IMG/VR virus record: IMGVR_UViG_3300009664_000002
Span: 7,333-71,332 of that record
Length of the DNA stretch: 64,000 bases
Strand: one strand, 5' to 3'
DNA from: a virus
Lineage: Duplodnaviria > Caudoviricetes
Numbering within the stretch: the first letter of the stretch is position 1; each line of letters starts with the position of its first letter. Positions 46,409 through 55,248 of the stretch are shown here, piece by piece. The notes under the pieces are model-generated. The model saw only the letters and a program-made list of their open reading frames with translations, was not told where the DNA came from and searched no databases. A program made the translations under genes and the position numbers.

Positions 46409-47239
46409 ATGAAATTTGAAACAATTGCCGATTGGTGCAAATGGCTAGAAAAAAATTTCAGTAATGAAATTATGATACCAACATTACCTGTTATTATTAG
46501 ATTAGATGGTAATAATTTTCATAATTGGACTAAAGGATTAGAAAGACCTTTTGATTTAAAATTAATTGAATTAATGACTGAAACAACCAAATTTTTAGTT
46601 CAGGAAACAAATGCCGTTGTTGGTTATACACAAAGTGATGAAATTACATTAATTTTATATTCAAACGATAAAAATTCTTTAATTTATAACGATGGTAAAA
46701 AACAAAAAATAGTTTCAAAACTTACTGCAAAATGTGTTAATTTTTTTAATGAAAAAAGAAAAGAATTATTACCAAAACATAATAAAACAGCAATTTTTGA
46801 TTGTAGAATTTATCAAACAGCAACATTACATGATGCTTGTATTCAATTACTTTGGCGTGAAAATGATGCGATTAGAAACAGTATTTCAATGTTAGCACAA
46901 AGTTTATTTTCACACAAAGAGTTACAAAATTTAAATACAACTGAAATTCAAAATAAAATGATGTTAGAAAAGGGTGTAAATTGGTCTAATTTAAACAGTA
47001 AGTTAAAAAGGGGTACGTATGTTAAACGAATTAAAACATCTAAACCTTTTACTAAAGAAGAATTAAAAAACTTACCACCGTTGCATCAAGCCCATAAAAA
47101 TCCAGATTTGGTTATTGAACGTTCAGTTATTAAAGAAATTGAATATCCAATATTCAATACAATAAAAAATAAAATAGATGTTATTTTCTTTGATAAAGAA
47201 CCATTAACTGAAATTATTCATATGGATTTATGTAAATAA
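46409..47239 (+). CDS. thg1: tRNA-His guanylyltransferase (Thg1/TLP family 3'-5' polymerase)
   Basis: IIRLDGNNFH, YTQSDEITL, FDCR, WRENDAIRNS, FSHKELQN, KRG motifs. Confidence 0.92.
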   Translation: MKFETIADWCKWLEKNFSNEIMIPTLPVIIRLDGNNFHNWTKGLERPFDLKLIELMTETTKFLVQETNAVVGYTQSDEITLILYSNDKNSLIYNDGKKQKIVSKLTAKCVNFFNEKRKELLPKHNKTAIFDCRIYQTATLHDACIQLLWRENDAIRNSISMLAQSLFSHKELQNLNTTEIQNKMMLEKGVNWSNLNSKLKRGTYVKRIKTSKPFTKEELKNLPPLHQAHKNPDLVIERSVIKEIEYPIFNTIKNKIDVIFFDKEPLTEIIHMDLCK

Positions 47240-47248
47240 AAAAATATT

Positions 47249-47482
47249 ATGCATATAATCAAAATAAATGGAAACTATAGGATAAAAAACAGACAACATA
47301 TAACAGAATTAAATCAAACAAATTTTTCTGGTTTAACAATTGTTGTTATTTTAAGAGAAAAGGATTTTTTGGATTTAAATAAAATACAAAAAAAACTTAT
47401 TGGATATCGTATTGAAAAAATTTATATTCCTTTTGAATATTTTCGTTCTTATGATGAAAAAGAAATTATTAAAAATTTCTAA
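47249..47482 (+). CDS. Hypothetical protein
   Basis: 77 aa ORF. Confidence 0.55.
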   Translation: MHIIKINGNYRIKNRQHITELNQTNFSGLTIVVILREKDFLDLNKIQKKLIGYRIEKIYIPFEYFRSYDEKEIIKNF

Positions 47483-47594
47483 ATATATTTTGATAAAGGA
47501 ATGGTTAATATTTCATATTATTAAAAAATAATTTAATATTATAATAATTTTTTATTTATTTAAAATTTTATTATTTTTGTAAAAAAAAAATATC

Positions 47595-47801
47595 ATGGAT
47601 AAATTTATAAAATATAAAAGGGTTGAAAAAACCTTTAAAAAAGATGCGAATGAAAATGAATATAATACACAAGATTTTTTTGATGATGTTATTAAAGAAG
47701 GTTTTGAAGTAATTTATTATAGAGAAGAAGAAAAAGAAAATAATATACTGAAAATTGTTCTTTTTTTAGGAAAAAGAGGTAGATATTCAACAATACTTTA
47801 A
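47595..47801 (+). CDS. Hypothetical protein
   Basis: 68 aa ORF. Confidence 0.6.
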   Translation: MDKFIKYKRVEKTFKKDANENEYNTQDFFDDVIKEGFEVIYYREEEKENNILKIVLFLGKRGRYSTIL

Positions 47802-47830
47802 AAATAATATTGATTTAATATTATATTAAT

Positions 47831-48268
47831 ATGAATAACAATGATATATTAAGAATTAATAATACGTATTTAGTTAAAAGATTTTCTAACATTAGTTCTG
47901 TTACAATAATAAATATAACCAATAAAGCATATAAAATTTTATGGAATGCTGATTTAAATAAAGAAAAAAATAATTTCACTTGGGAATTAATTAATGAATT
48001 TCATAGAGATTATGATATTCTTGAAAATATTTCTGATTTTATATCAGTAAACACACAAAAAGAAAATTTTTTAAATATTGAAATTGAATTAATTCCATGT
48101 CCAACATGTAATGGTAGTGGTAGTGTTTTTGATTTTACATCAACAACTGGTTCAAAAACATGTCCAAATTGTTTTGGGGAAAAAATGATTCTTAATAAAA
48201 AGAAAATATCAAAAAAAAATGATGATAATACGAATATCGATTTTCTTGATTTAAATTTAATTTGTTAA
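47831..48268 (+). CDS. Protein with DnaJ-like zinc finger
   Basis: CPTCNGSG and CPNCFGEK. Confidence 0.7.
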   Translation: MNNNDILRINNTYLVKRFSNISSVTIINITNKAYKILWNADLNKEKNNFTWELINEFHRDYDILENISDFISVNTQKENFLNIEIELIPCPTCNGSGSVFDFTSTTGSKTCPNCFGEKMILNKKKISKKNDDNTNIDFLDLNLIC

Positions 48269-48298
48269 CAAAATAAACTATTTATTAGTAAAAAACTA

Positions 48299-48850
48299 AT
48301 GAATAGTAAAATAAATCCAAAAAAAATAATTAATGAAGAAATACGTTTATTGTTTGAAATTTATAATACTTGGGATAATGATGAACCGAGTATTGCCGAT
48401 AAATTATATTCAAAAATTGGAATTTCACCATCAGAACCAAAAAAAATAAATATTGATGCAGAATTAATTGGATTTGTTGATAAATTGTGGGACAAACCCA
48501 TAGAACCAATTCCAATATATAAAAATCCCAAAAATTTAGTTGGTTTTAATTCTAATACAAGAGGAATTTTATTAAATAATGGTGATTTATATTTAGGACA
48601 AAGCCCTAAAGCATTACACGAAAATATGTTAGAACTATTAGCCAAAAAAAATATTATTCCATTTACATCAATAAAAGATTATAATTATAACTATCCCAAT
48701 GAATTTATTGCTGTGGTTAGAATTGAAAACACTAACAATTTTGGTGAATCTACTGCTTATTATTTTTTTCCTAAACATTACCTTCAAATATTTAATATTG
48801 CAAACAAAAAACAACCATATATTTTTAAAAATTGGAATGATGTACTATAA
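48299..48850 (+). CDS. Hypothetical protein with N-terminal IINEEI motif
   Basis: 183 aa ORF. Confidence 0.7.
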   Translation: MNSKINPKKIINEEIRLLFEIYNTWDNDEPSIADKLYSKIGISPSEPKKINIDAELIGFVDKLWDKPIEPIPIYKNPKNLVGFNSNTRGILLNNGDLYLGQSPKALHENMLELLAKKNIIPFTSIKDYNYNYPNEFIAVVRIENTNNFGESTAYYFFPKHYLQIFNIANKKQPYIFKNWNDVL

Positions 48851-48881
48851 TAGAAAAAGTATTTATAAAAAAAAATAATTA

Positions 48882-49784
48882 ATGGAAAATTTTTATAGCG
48901 CACTTATTAAAAAAAATGGTGAAATTATACATAATCCATTTTCAACATCATATGATGATTTAAAATATAAATATTTGTCTGAAAAAGAAATTGAAAATAA
49001 TGAATATATTAGAATTAAATATTGTCCACAAAATAAAAATGTTTTATATGATATAAATTCATACTATTTTACAATTCAAGAAACATCAATTCCTGATTGG
49101 TTTACTTCTAAATTACGTAATAAATGTATTGACGAATTAAAAAAAATCATATCCTCAATGATTGTAAATTCATATAAACCACTATTACTTAATGAAGGTG
49201 CTATTTTAATAAAAAATAGTTTTGTTAACGAAATTAAACATTCTATTGTTTTTGGTATGTATGATGATGCGAAAATAAAAACATTAGATAATAATAGTGA
49301 AATATATTATATGACCAATAATTCTAAGATTATTAATGCTAAAGATGGTGTGAAAATTCATGAAATGTATGAAAATTCAACAATTGTTACAATGTATGAT
49401 ACAAGTAGAGTATTAAATATGTACGATAATTCAATAATAAAAATAATGAGAAATAATTCAAGAATTGTTAGTCTTAAAGGTGGTGCAAATATTAATGAAA
49501 TGTATGATAAAACAAAAGCAAATAGATTAAAACATACATCAAGAGTAAATGAAATGCATGAAAATTCAATTATTGAAGAATTATGGGATTGGAGTGTTGT
49601 CGATATTATGTTTGATAACGCCAAAATTAATAAAATGAATCATGAATCTAAAGTATTAGAAATGTACGGAAATTCAACAGTTGATAGTATGTATGGAAAT
49701 TCAATTGTTGAAAGACTTTATGAAAATTCATTGGTGAAAAAACTAAACGATAAAGCACAAGTATTAATGAAAAATTTAAACTAA
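48882..49784 (+). CDS. Protein with MYxNSxI beta-helix-like repeats
   Basis: About 9-aa periodic MYDNS/MYENS units in the C-terminal half. Confidence 0.7.
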   Translation: MENFYSALIKKNGEIIHNPFSTSYDDLKYKYLSEKEIENNEYIRIKYCPQNKNVLYDINSYYFTIQETSIPDWFTSKLRNKCIDELKKIISSMIVNSYKPLLLNEGAILIKNSFVNEIKHSIVFGMYDDAKIKTLDNNSEIYYMTNNSKIINAKDGVKIHEMYENSTIVTMYDTSRVLNMYDNSIIKIMRNNSRIVSLKGGANINEMYDKTKANRLKHTSRVNEMHENSIIEELWDWSVVDIMFDNAKINKMNHESKVLEMYGNSTVDSMYGNSIVERLYENSLVKKLNDKAQVLMKNLN

Positions 49785-50209
49785 AATATTTTGTCTGATA
49801 GTGTATGAATAGTATTACCTAATTCTAATCCCATAAATGATATGATTAAATATCGAATTGGTATTAATTCTGTTAGAATATTAAGGTTTTTATAAAAATA
49901 AAAAAATAAAAACGGTAATATTCCAATATATATTAATCTAATGATAGTACCAATTATTATTCCATGTGTAAAAATACTTCGATGATTAAACATTAATTGA
50001 TATGGAATCCAAATCATCTTAAAAACCCACCAACGATTATATGGTTTACTGTTTGTATCTAAATCACCATTAAACATAAATGATGAAAATAGATAAAATA
50101 TGGATATAATACATATATCCATAAAATTTTTTAGAAAAATAAAACTAAGTAAAATTACTAAAGGTAATATAATTAACGTAATCTTATCGTGTGTTCTACC
50201 ATTAGGCAT
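49781..50209 (-). CDS. DUF2227-like metal-binding membrane protein
   Basis: MPNGRTHD, DLD, HRSIFTHG motifs and hydrophobic helices. Confidence 0.75.
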   Translation of the reverse strand: MPNGRTHDKITLIILPLVILLSFIFLKNFMDICIISIFYLFSSFMFNGDLDTNSKPYNRWWVFKMIWIPYQLMFNHRSIFTHGIIIGTIIRLIYIGILPFLFFYFYKNLNILTELIPIRYLIISFMGLELGNTIHTLSDKIF

Positions 50210-50315
50210 CTTTTATATATTTTTTATGGTTAAACATTTAAATAATATTACGAATATTCTTTTGAATTGTTACAAAATTATTATATTTTTGAAAAAAAAT
50301 AAAACGAAATTAAAT

Positions 50316-50516
50316 ATGAAAACAGAAAAAAAAGATATTTTATCTGGAACAATAAAAACACCCAAAAGAAAAAAACTTATGGGTAGATTTGATAATGATA
50401 AACCATTTCAAATATCAACAATTTTAGATGATGGTGAATTTGTTTTAAGATTAAAAGATAATAAATTTATATTTAAAAATAATGATAAATCTTTTGAAAT
50501 TTATATAGAAAAATAA
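50316..50516 (+). CDS. Hypothetical protein
   Basis: MKTEKK start inside track ORF 50100..50516. Confidence 0.55.
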   Translation: MKTEKKDILSGTIKTPKRKKLMGRFDNDKPFQISTILDDGEFVLRLKDNKFIFKNNDKSFEIYIEK

Positions 50517-50545
50517 AAAAACCACACTTTATTTGTGTGGTTTAT
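50517..50545. terminator. Bidirectional terminator between convergent genes
   Basis: aaaccacac/gtgtggttt hairpin. Confidence 0.7.
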
Positions 50546-50562
50546 TATATTAAACTTATTTT

Positions 50563-50961
50563 TTAAAATGATAAATATTGTTGGGCATTATTTTTATTAT
50601 CCCACCAATAAACTTCACCGTTTTCTTGTAATTCATTCAATTCTTCCACACCAATTATAAAAAAATGTCCTTTTGTTCCTATTGTTGCTTCAGGCATATC
50701 ACCAATAAATTCAAATTCATTATCATTTATTTTTTTTATTTCTCTAGGTATAAAAGTCATTGAATATACTTCATGAGAACCATAACGCATTTTTTCACCA
50801 ATAAAACTAGAAGCATTATAATAACCATTTAATGTTAAATTAGGGTCTGTATTACCATATTGAAAATCATCATCAGCGTTATCATCAGAACTATAATCAT
50901 ATTTACCATAATAATCACCTAAATTTTCATTCAATGGCATTCCACCCACCTTATGCATCAT
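50563..50961 (-). CDS. Hypothetical protein with FEMMHKVGGMPLNE leader (possible upstream ATG at 51004, +1 frameshift)
   Basis: Leader motif extends upstream of the track start across an A9 run. Confidence 0.7.
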   Translation of the reverse strand: MMHKVGGMPLNENLGDYYGKYDYSSDDNADDDFQYGNTDPNLTLNGYYNASSFIGEKMRYGSHEVYSMTFIPREIKKINDNEFEFIGDMPEATIGTKGHFFIIGVEELNELQENGEVYWWDNKNNAQQYLSF

Positions 50962-51005
50962 TTCAAATAGTTTTTGTTTAGTATTTTTTTTTATCTTTTT
51001 TCATT

Positions 51006-51728
51006 TTATTTACTAATTTTATTAATATAATTTTTTATTTTATCATCTAAAGCATTGTTAAATTCTTTAGTGTCTATATATTCTAAATACCCCATTTCTT
51101 CTTCAAATTTTGGATATGAATTTAAAATTTTATTTCTAATTGTTTTAATTCTATCATATTCAAATTCATTCCCCAATGTAGGATTTAAGTATTTACCAAT
51201 ATTTTCAATATTTTCATTATACCAATTAAACAAATCCTTTACTTCATCCAAAATATATTCATATTCATCATTTTGACGAGATAATTCATCTGCCATATCT
51301 CCTAAATGAGCAGAATCTTCAAGTTCAGATGGGTCAATGCCTAATTGTCTGGCAATTTCTTCACGATTTTCATTCATATCATAATTTTTATTTTGATAAA
51401 ATTTATCAACAGCATGTTCATATTCATCAATAGCAAATTTTGGTAATGATGGATGGGCATTATCATCATTCATCCATTTCATTAATTGTTTTCTAAATAC
51501 GGATAATTCATTTTCCCAAAAATTTATACCGTATTTTTCTATTATAGAATCAACACCTTTTAAATATATGTCATTATCCTTTTTTTTATTTATCAACATA
51601 TTCAACAAATCATCAATTCTATTAGAATAATATTCATCATGTTGTTGATAGTTTTCATTCAATGGCATTCCACCCACCTTATGCATCATTTCAAATAACC
51701 TTTGTTTATTATTGTTCATATTTTTCAT
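51006..51728 (-). CDS. Hypothetical protein with KQRLFEMMHKVGGMPLNE leader
   Basis: 240 aa ORF. Confidence 0.75.
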   Translation of the reverse strand: MKNMNNNKQRLFEMMHKVGGMPLNENYQQHDEYYSNRIDDLLNMLINKKKDNDIYLKGVDSIIEKYGINFWENELSVFRKQLMKWMNDDNAHPSLPKFAIDEYEHAVDKFYQNKNYDMNENREEIARQLGIDPSELEDSAHLGDMADELSRQNDEYEYILDEVKDLFNWYNENIENIGKYLNPTLGNEFEYDRIKTIRNKILNSYPKFEEEMGYLEYIDTKEFNNALDDKIKNYINKISK

Positions 51729-52869
51729 CTTCTTCTATTGATATTTTTATGTATTTAGCAATATATTCTTTTAATTGATTGATATTAATTTTAAAATCTT
51801 CTAAAATATCCAAATTATCATTATAAAAATAAAGCGGTTTCTTTTCACCTGTTTTAGCATCCGTTGGTGTTGCAGTTATAAATGCCAATTTTTCTGGAAA
51901 AAATTGTGTTGAAAAATATTTTCCTGTAATTTCTTTCATTTCTTCAACAAATTTTGCTTCTTCATCATCCATCTTTTCAATAGATTTATCACTTGGGTCA
52001 CCCAAATAATATCTAAAAAAATTAACAAAATTTTCATGGACTTTAATCATATTACCATCTTCTTCAACAAAGAAATAATCTTTTGATTTATTTTTAAATC
52101 CTGTTGATATATTCTGCCTCATAACATATTTTTGACGACCAGTTTTTGGGTCAATTTCTCTATTTCCTTTATCATCAACAGCACCAAAAAATGGTAAATT
52201 ACCCAAAGGTTCTTTATATTTTGAACCACTAGGACTACCAGTAATATCAGGATAAATACCCAAACCATGATATTTTGGTCTTTTAAATCTATTCAATTTA
52301 CGTCTCCAATCGTCTTCGGGATAATTTTCTTCACCTTTACCAAATCCATATTTTTGCCTTAATTTAACAATTTGGTCTGTTTGACCAGAAAAATTTTTTG
52401 CCAATTCTTCTCTGTCTTGAAAATTAAATTGATATCTAGCAAATCTTACTATTTTAAGATATTTGGGATTAATATCGAAGTAAGGTTTGGGAGTATTTTT
52501 TTTAGCACCAGATTTATATAATATTTCTCCTGATTTTGTTTTTACCCAATCATCAGAATTAATAAAATCACTAATTAGTTGTACTTCAACATCAGATAAA
52601 CCATAATCTTTACCACGTTCAATTAATTTTCTTGCATATTCTTCATTTTTATCTGTTGGATATATTTTTTTATTTATTTCTACAGTATTAGCATAACCAA
52701 TACCAATTAATCTTCTTATACTAAAATCATTTTCCATGAATACTTTAAATAAATCACGATATACCACACGTTCTGGTGATTTACCTTCATTTAATAAAAA
52801 TATGTTTTTAAATGTTGGGTCTAACTTTCCCATTATTTCAAATAACCTTTGTTTATTATTGTTTTTCAT
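51709..52869 (-). CDS. Hypothetical protein with KQRLFE leader
   Basis: 386 aa ORF. Confidence 0.75.
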   Translation of the reverse strand: MKNNNKQRLFEIMGKLDPTFKNIFLLNEGKSPERVVYRDLFKVFMENDFSIRRLIGIGYANTVEINKKIYPTDKNEEYARKLIERGKDYGLSDVEVQLISDFINSDDWVKTKSGEILYKSGAKKNTPKPYFDINPKYLKIVRFARYQFNFQDREELAKNFSGQTDQIVKLRQKYGFGKGEENYPEDDWRRKLNRFKRPKYHGLGIYPDITGSPSGSKYKEPLGNLPFFGAVDDKGNREIDPKTGRQKYVMRQNISTGFKNKSKDYFFVEEDGNMIKVHENFVNFFRYYLGDPSDKSIEKMDDEEAKFVEEMKEITGKYFSTQFFPEKLAFITATPTDAKTGEKKPLYFYNDNLDILEDFKININQLKEYIAKYIKISIEEDEKYEQ

Positions 52870-52932
52870 AATTAATTATTATTTTTTTTATATAAATAGT
52901 TGATTGTTTTTAAATAACAAACATATAAAATT

Positions 52933-53940
52933 TTATTTTTTTAAACCGAGTTTAATTCTAAAATAATCGTTTAAATTTTTAGCACCAATTTTTTTTATAT
53001 CAAAAATAAGAATATTTAATAATTCTCTAATATATTTATTCGGATTACCCCTTTCATTATGAATTTCTGCTTTTGCTACATGAAAAATATCATCATAATA
53101 AAATGGAATTTCTTTTACTTTATTTTCAATTTTATTTAATATTTCAATATATTCATCATTAACATTATATTCATTAACAATTTTTTTTAATAAATTTTCA
53201 ATTTTATTTTTCATATTTCCATTTTTATATATTAATATTGGTGAAATTTTAATAAAAAATTCTTTAATATAAGATACTAAACGTTTTTTTATATTTTCAT
53301 CGGTATAGTATTCACTAAATTCAGATTCATATTTATCGGGTAATTCTAATAATTCGGGTGATATTGATTTTGATTTATCTTGTAATTGAAACGATTTTTC
53401 TTCTTTATAAAAATAAATTGGAATTTTTGTGTTCTTTATTATATTATTTATAACTTCCTTATTAAAATATCTTTTATTATTGAAATTTACTAAAATATGA
53501 ATTTCCATTATATAATCTTTTGCATTATCAATATATGGTTTGTTTGTTATAATTCTATCTTCAAGTTCTAATGATTTTAACGCATTTATATATTCACTAT
53601 CACTATAATAATCACTCCTTTTTTTTGAATAATTCCAATAATCAACTGGAATTGCTTTATATCTTTGATTTAATTTATCACCATTTAAAACTAAAACAAC
53701 ATTACCATGCCTATTCCCATAACCACTACTACCTTTTGCTCTTGATGTGGAAAAAAAATAAAATTTATTACCACTTTTTATTTCATCCCAACTAGACCCT
53801 AAATTACTAGATGTTACAAATTTATTCATTTCTAATATACTTATTAGATGTGATATATATGTATAATGATAAACAATTTTTGATAATCCTTCAGTTAAAT
53901 AATTTTTAATTTCTTCTTTAATTATTTTAAAATAATTCAT
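52933..53940 (-). CDS. Putative ADP-ribosyltransferase-fold protein with head-leader motif
   Basis: VYHYT, FFSTSR, ELEDRI pattern. Confidence 0.5.
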   Translation of the reverse strand: MNYFKIIKEEIKNYLTEGLSKIVYHYTYISHLISILEMNKFVTSSNLGSSWDEIKSGNKFYFFSTSRAKGSSGYGNRHGNVVLVLNGDKLNQRYKAIPVDYWNYSKKRSDYYSDSEYINALKSLELEDRIITNKPYIDNAKDYIMEIHILVNFNNKRYFNKEVINNIIKNTKIPIYFYKEEKSFQLQDKSKSISPELLELPDKYESEFSEYYTDENIKKRLVSYIKEFFIKISPILIYKNGNMKNKIENLLKKIVNEYNVNDEYIEILNKIENKVKEIPFYYDDIFHVAKAEIHNERGNPNKYIRELLNILIFDIKKIGAKNLNDYFRIKLGLKK

Positions 53941-54001
53941 ATTTTTAAATCTTATTTATTATAAATACTGAATGTTAATTATTCATTATTAATATTAAAC
54001 A

Positions 54002-54583
54002 TTAATTATCACCAACAATTGCAATAATTGGTTTTTCTAATTCTTTTTCGTTAATTGCAATTATTTTAACATTAGCACCTTTATTTAAAGCACATTCCCA
54101 TTGGTCTTCACCGTACCAAATAAACGAATGAAAACCATATTCCCAATCAATATTTTTAGGATTAATATTACCTTCTAATATATAAGGTCTTCCTGTTTTC
54201 ATCATACCTTTATTTGGATGTTGTTCACCGTATGCACCAACACCATTTTTTTCAAATGACCAATGTTTTCCAATATTATTAATATCCAAATCCTTCAATG
54301 AATTTAACTTTATTAAACGATATATCGTAACACTAGTTTCATTTTTTAATTCATTATACTTATCAACATATTGGTCAATTAAATCAATATATTTTTCTCT
54401 TGCATATGAAGCATATACATTATCAGGATTTTTTTTATATTCATCAAATGCTTCAGCAACTTCATCAATATTATCATACGCATATTTTATTGCAATATCA
54501 AAATTAGATAAAAAAGAATCGTTTTCATTATATTCTTTTAAAAATTCTTTAATTGTGGTTTCTATTATTTTATTAATATTCAT
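54002..54583 (-). CDS. Hypothetical protein (possible ART-like) with head-leader motif
   Basis: TIYRL, GKHWSF, EDQWE. Confidence 0.45.
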   Translation of the reverse strand: MNINKIIETTIKEFLKEYNENDSFLSNFDIAIKYAYDNIDEVAEAFDEYKKNPDNVYASYAREKYIDLIDQYVDKYNELKNETSVTIYRLIKLNSLKDLDINNIGKHWSFEKNGVGAYGEQHPNKGMMKTGRPYILEGNINPKNIDWEYGFHSFIWYGEDQWECALNKGANVKIIAINEKELEKPIIAIVGDN

Positions 54584-54636
54584 ATTTATAATATTTAATT
54601 ATAAATACAAATTATATTCTATTTATAATAAAATTA

Positions 54637-55149
54637 GTGAGAATGAAAAATATTATTAATATCATTAACGAAACAATATTAAAATATTTAAACGAAAACA
54701 ATATTTCTAATAATAAAATTATTGCTTATCATGGAACTGATAATAAATTTAATGTTTTTGATGATAGTAAAGTAATATTTTTTGTTGATAATATTGATGT
54801 GGCAAAAACATATGGAAAATATATAATTAAAGCAAATTTAATAATAAATAATCCAATTATTTTAGATTTTAATGAAAATTCAACATACTATTTTTATGAT
54901 AAATGGTATCTACCATCAGATTTAGCAAACAAAATAAAAGAAATTAGTGATGATATAAAAAATGGTTATAGCATAGATGATGAATTAAAAGAATATTTAG
55001 AAGAATTAAATTTTAATGATTTGTATGGTGATTTGGATGGAATTATTATGCTTAATATTAATGATAATATGGATGATATCTTTTCAAACCACAAACCAGT
55101 AACTAATTATGTTGTTTTTAATAAAAATCAAATTAAATTTGTGAAATAA
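54637..55149 (+). CDS. ART-PolyVal-like ADP-ribosyltransferase-fold protein
   Basis: AYHGT...FNVFD, IFFVDNIDVAKTYG, ANLIINNP, YVVFNKNQIK. Confidence 0.62.
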   Translation: MRMKNIINIINETILKYLNENNISNNKIIAYHGTDNKFNVFDDSKVIFFVDNIDVAKTYGKYIIKANLIINNPIILDFNENSTYYFYDKWYLPSDLANKIKEISDDIKNGYSIDDELKEYLEELNFNDLYGDLDGIIMLNINDNMDDIFSNHKPVTNYVVFNKNQIKFVK

Positions 55150-55248
55150 TAAATTAATTTTACTTTTTTAAATTATTATCATCATATAAAAATATATAAT
55201 CACATTTCACCTAAATTAAGTGACCTAGAATTAAAATTAATTAAATAT

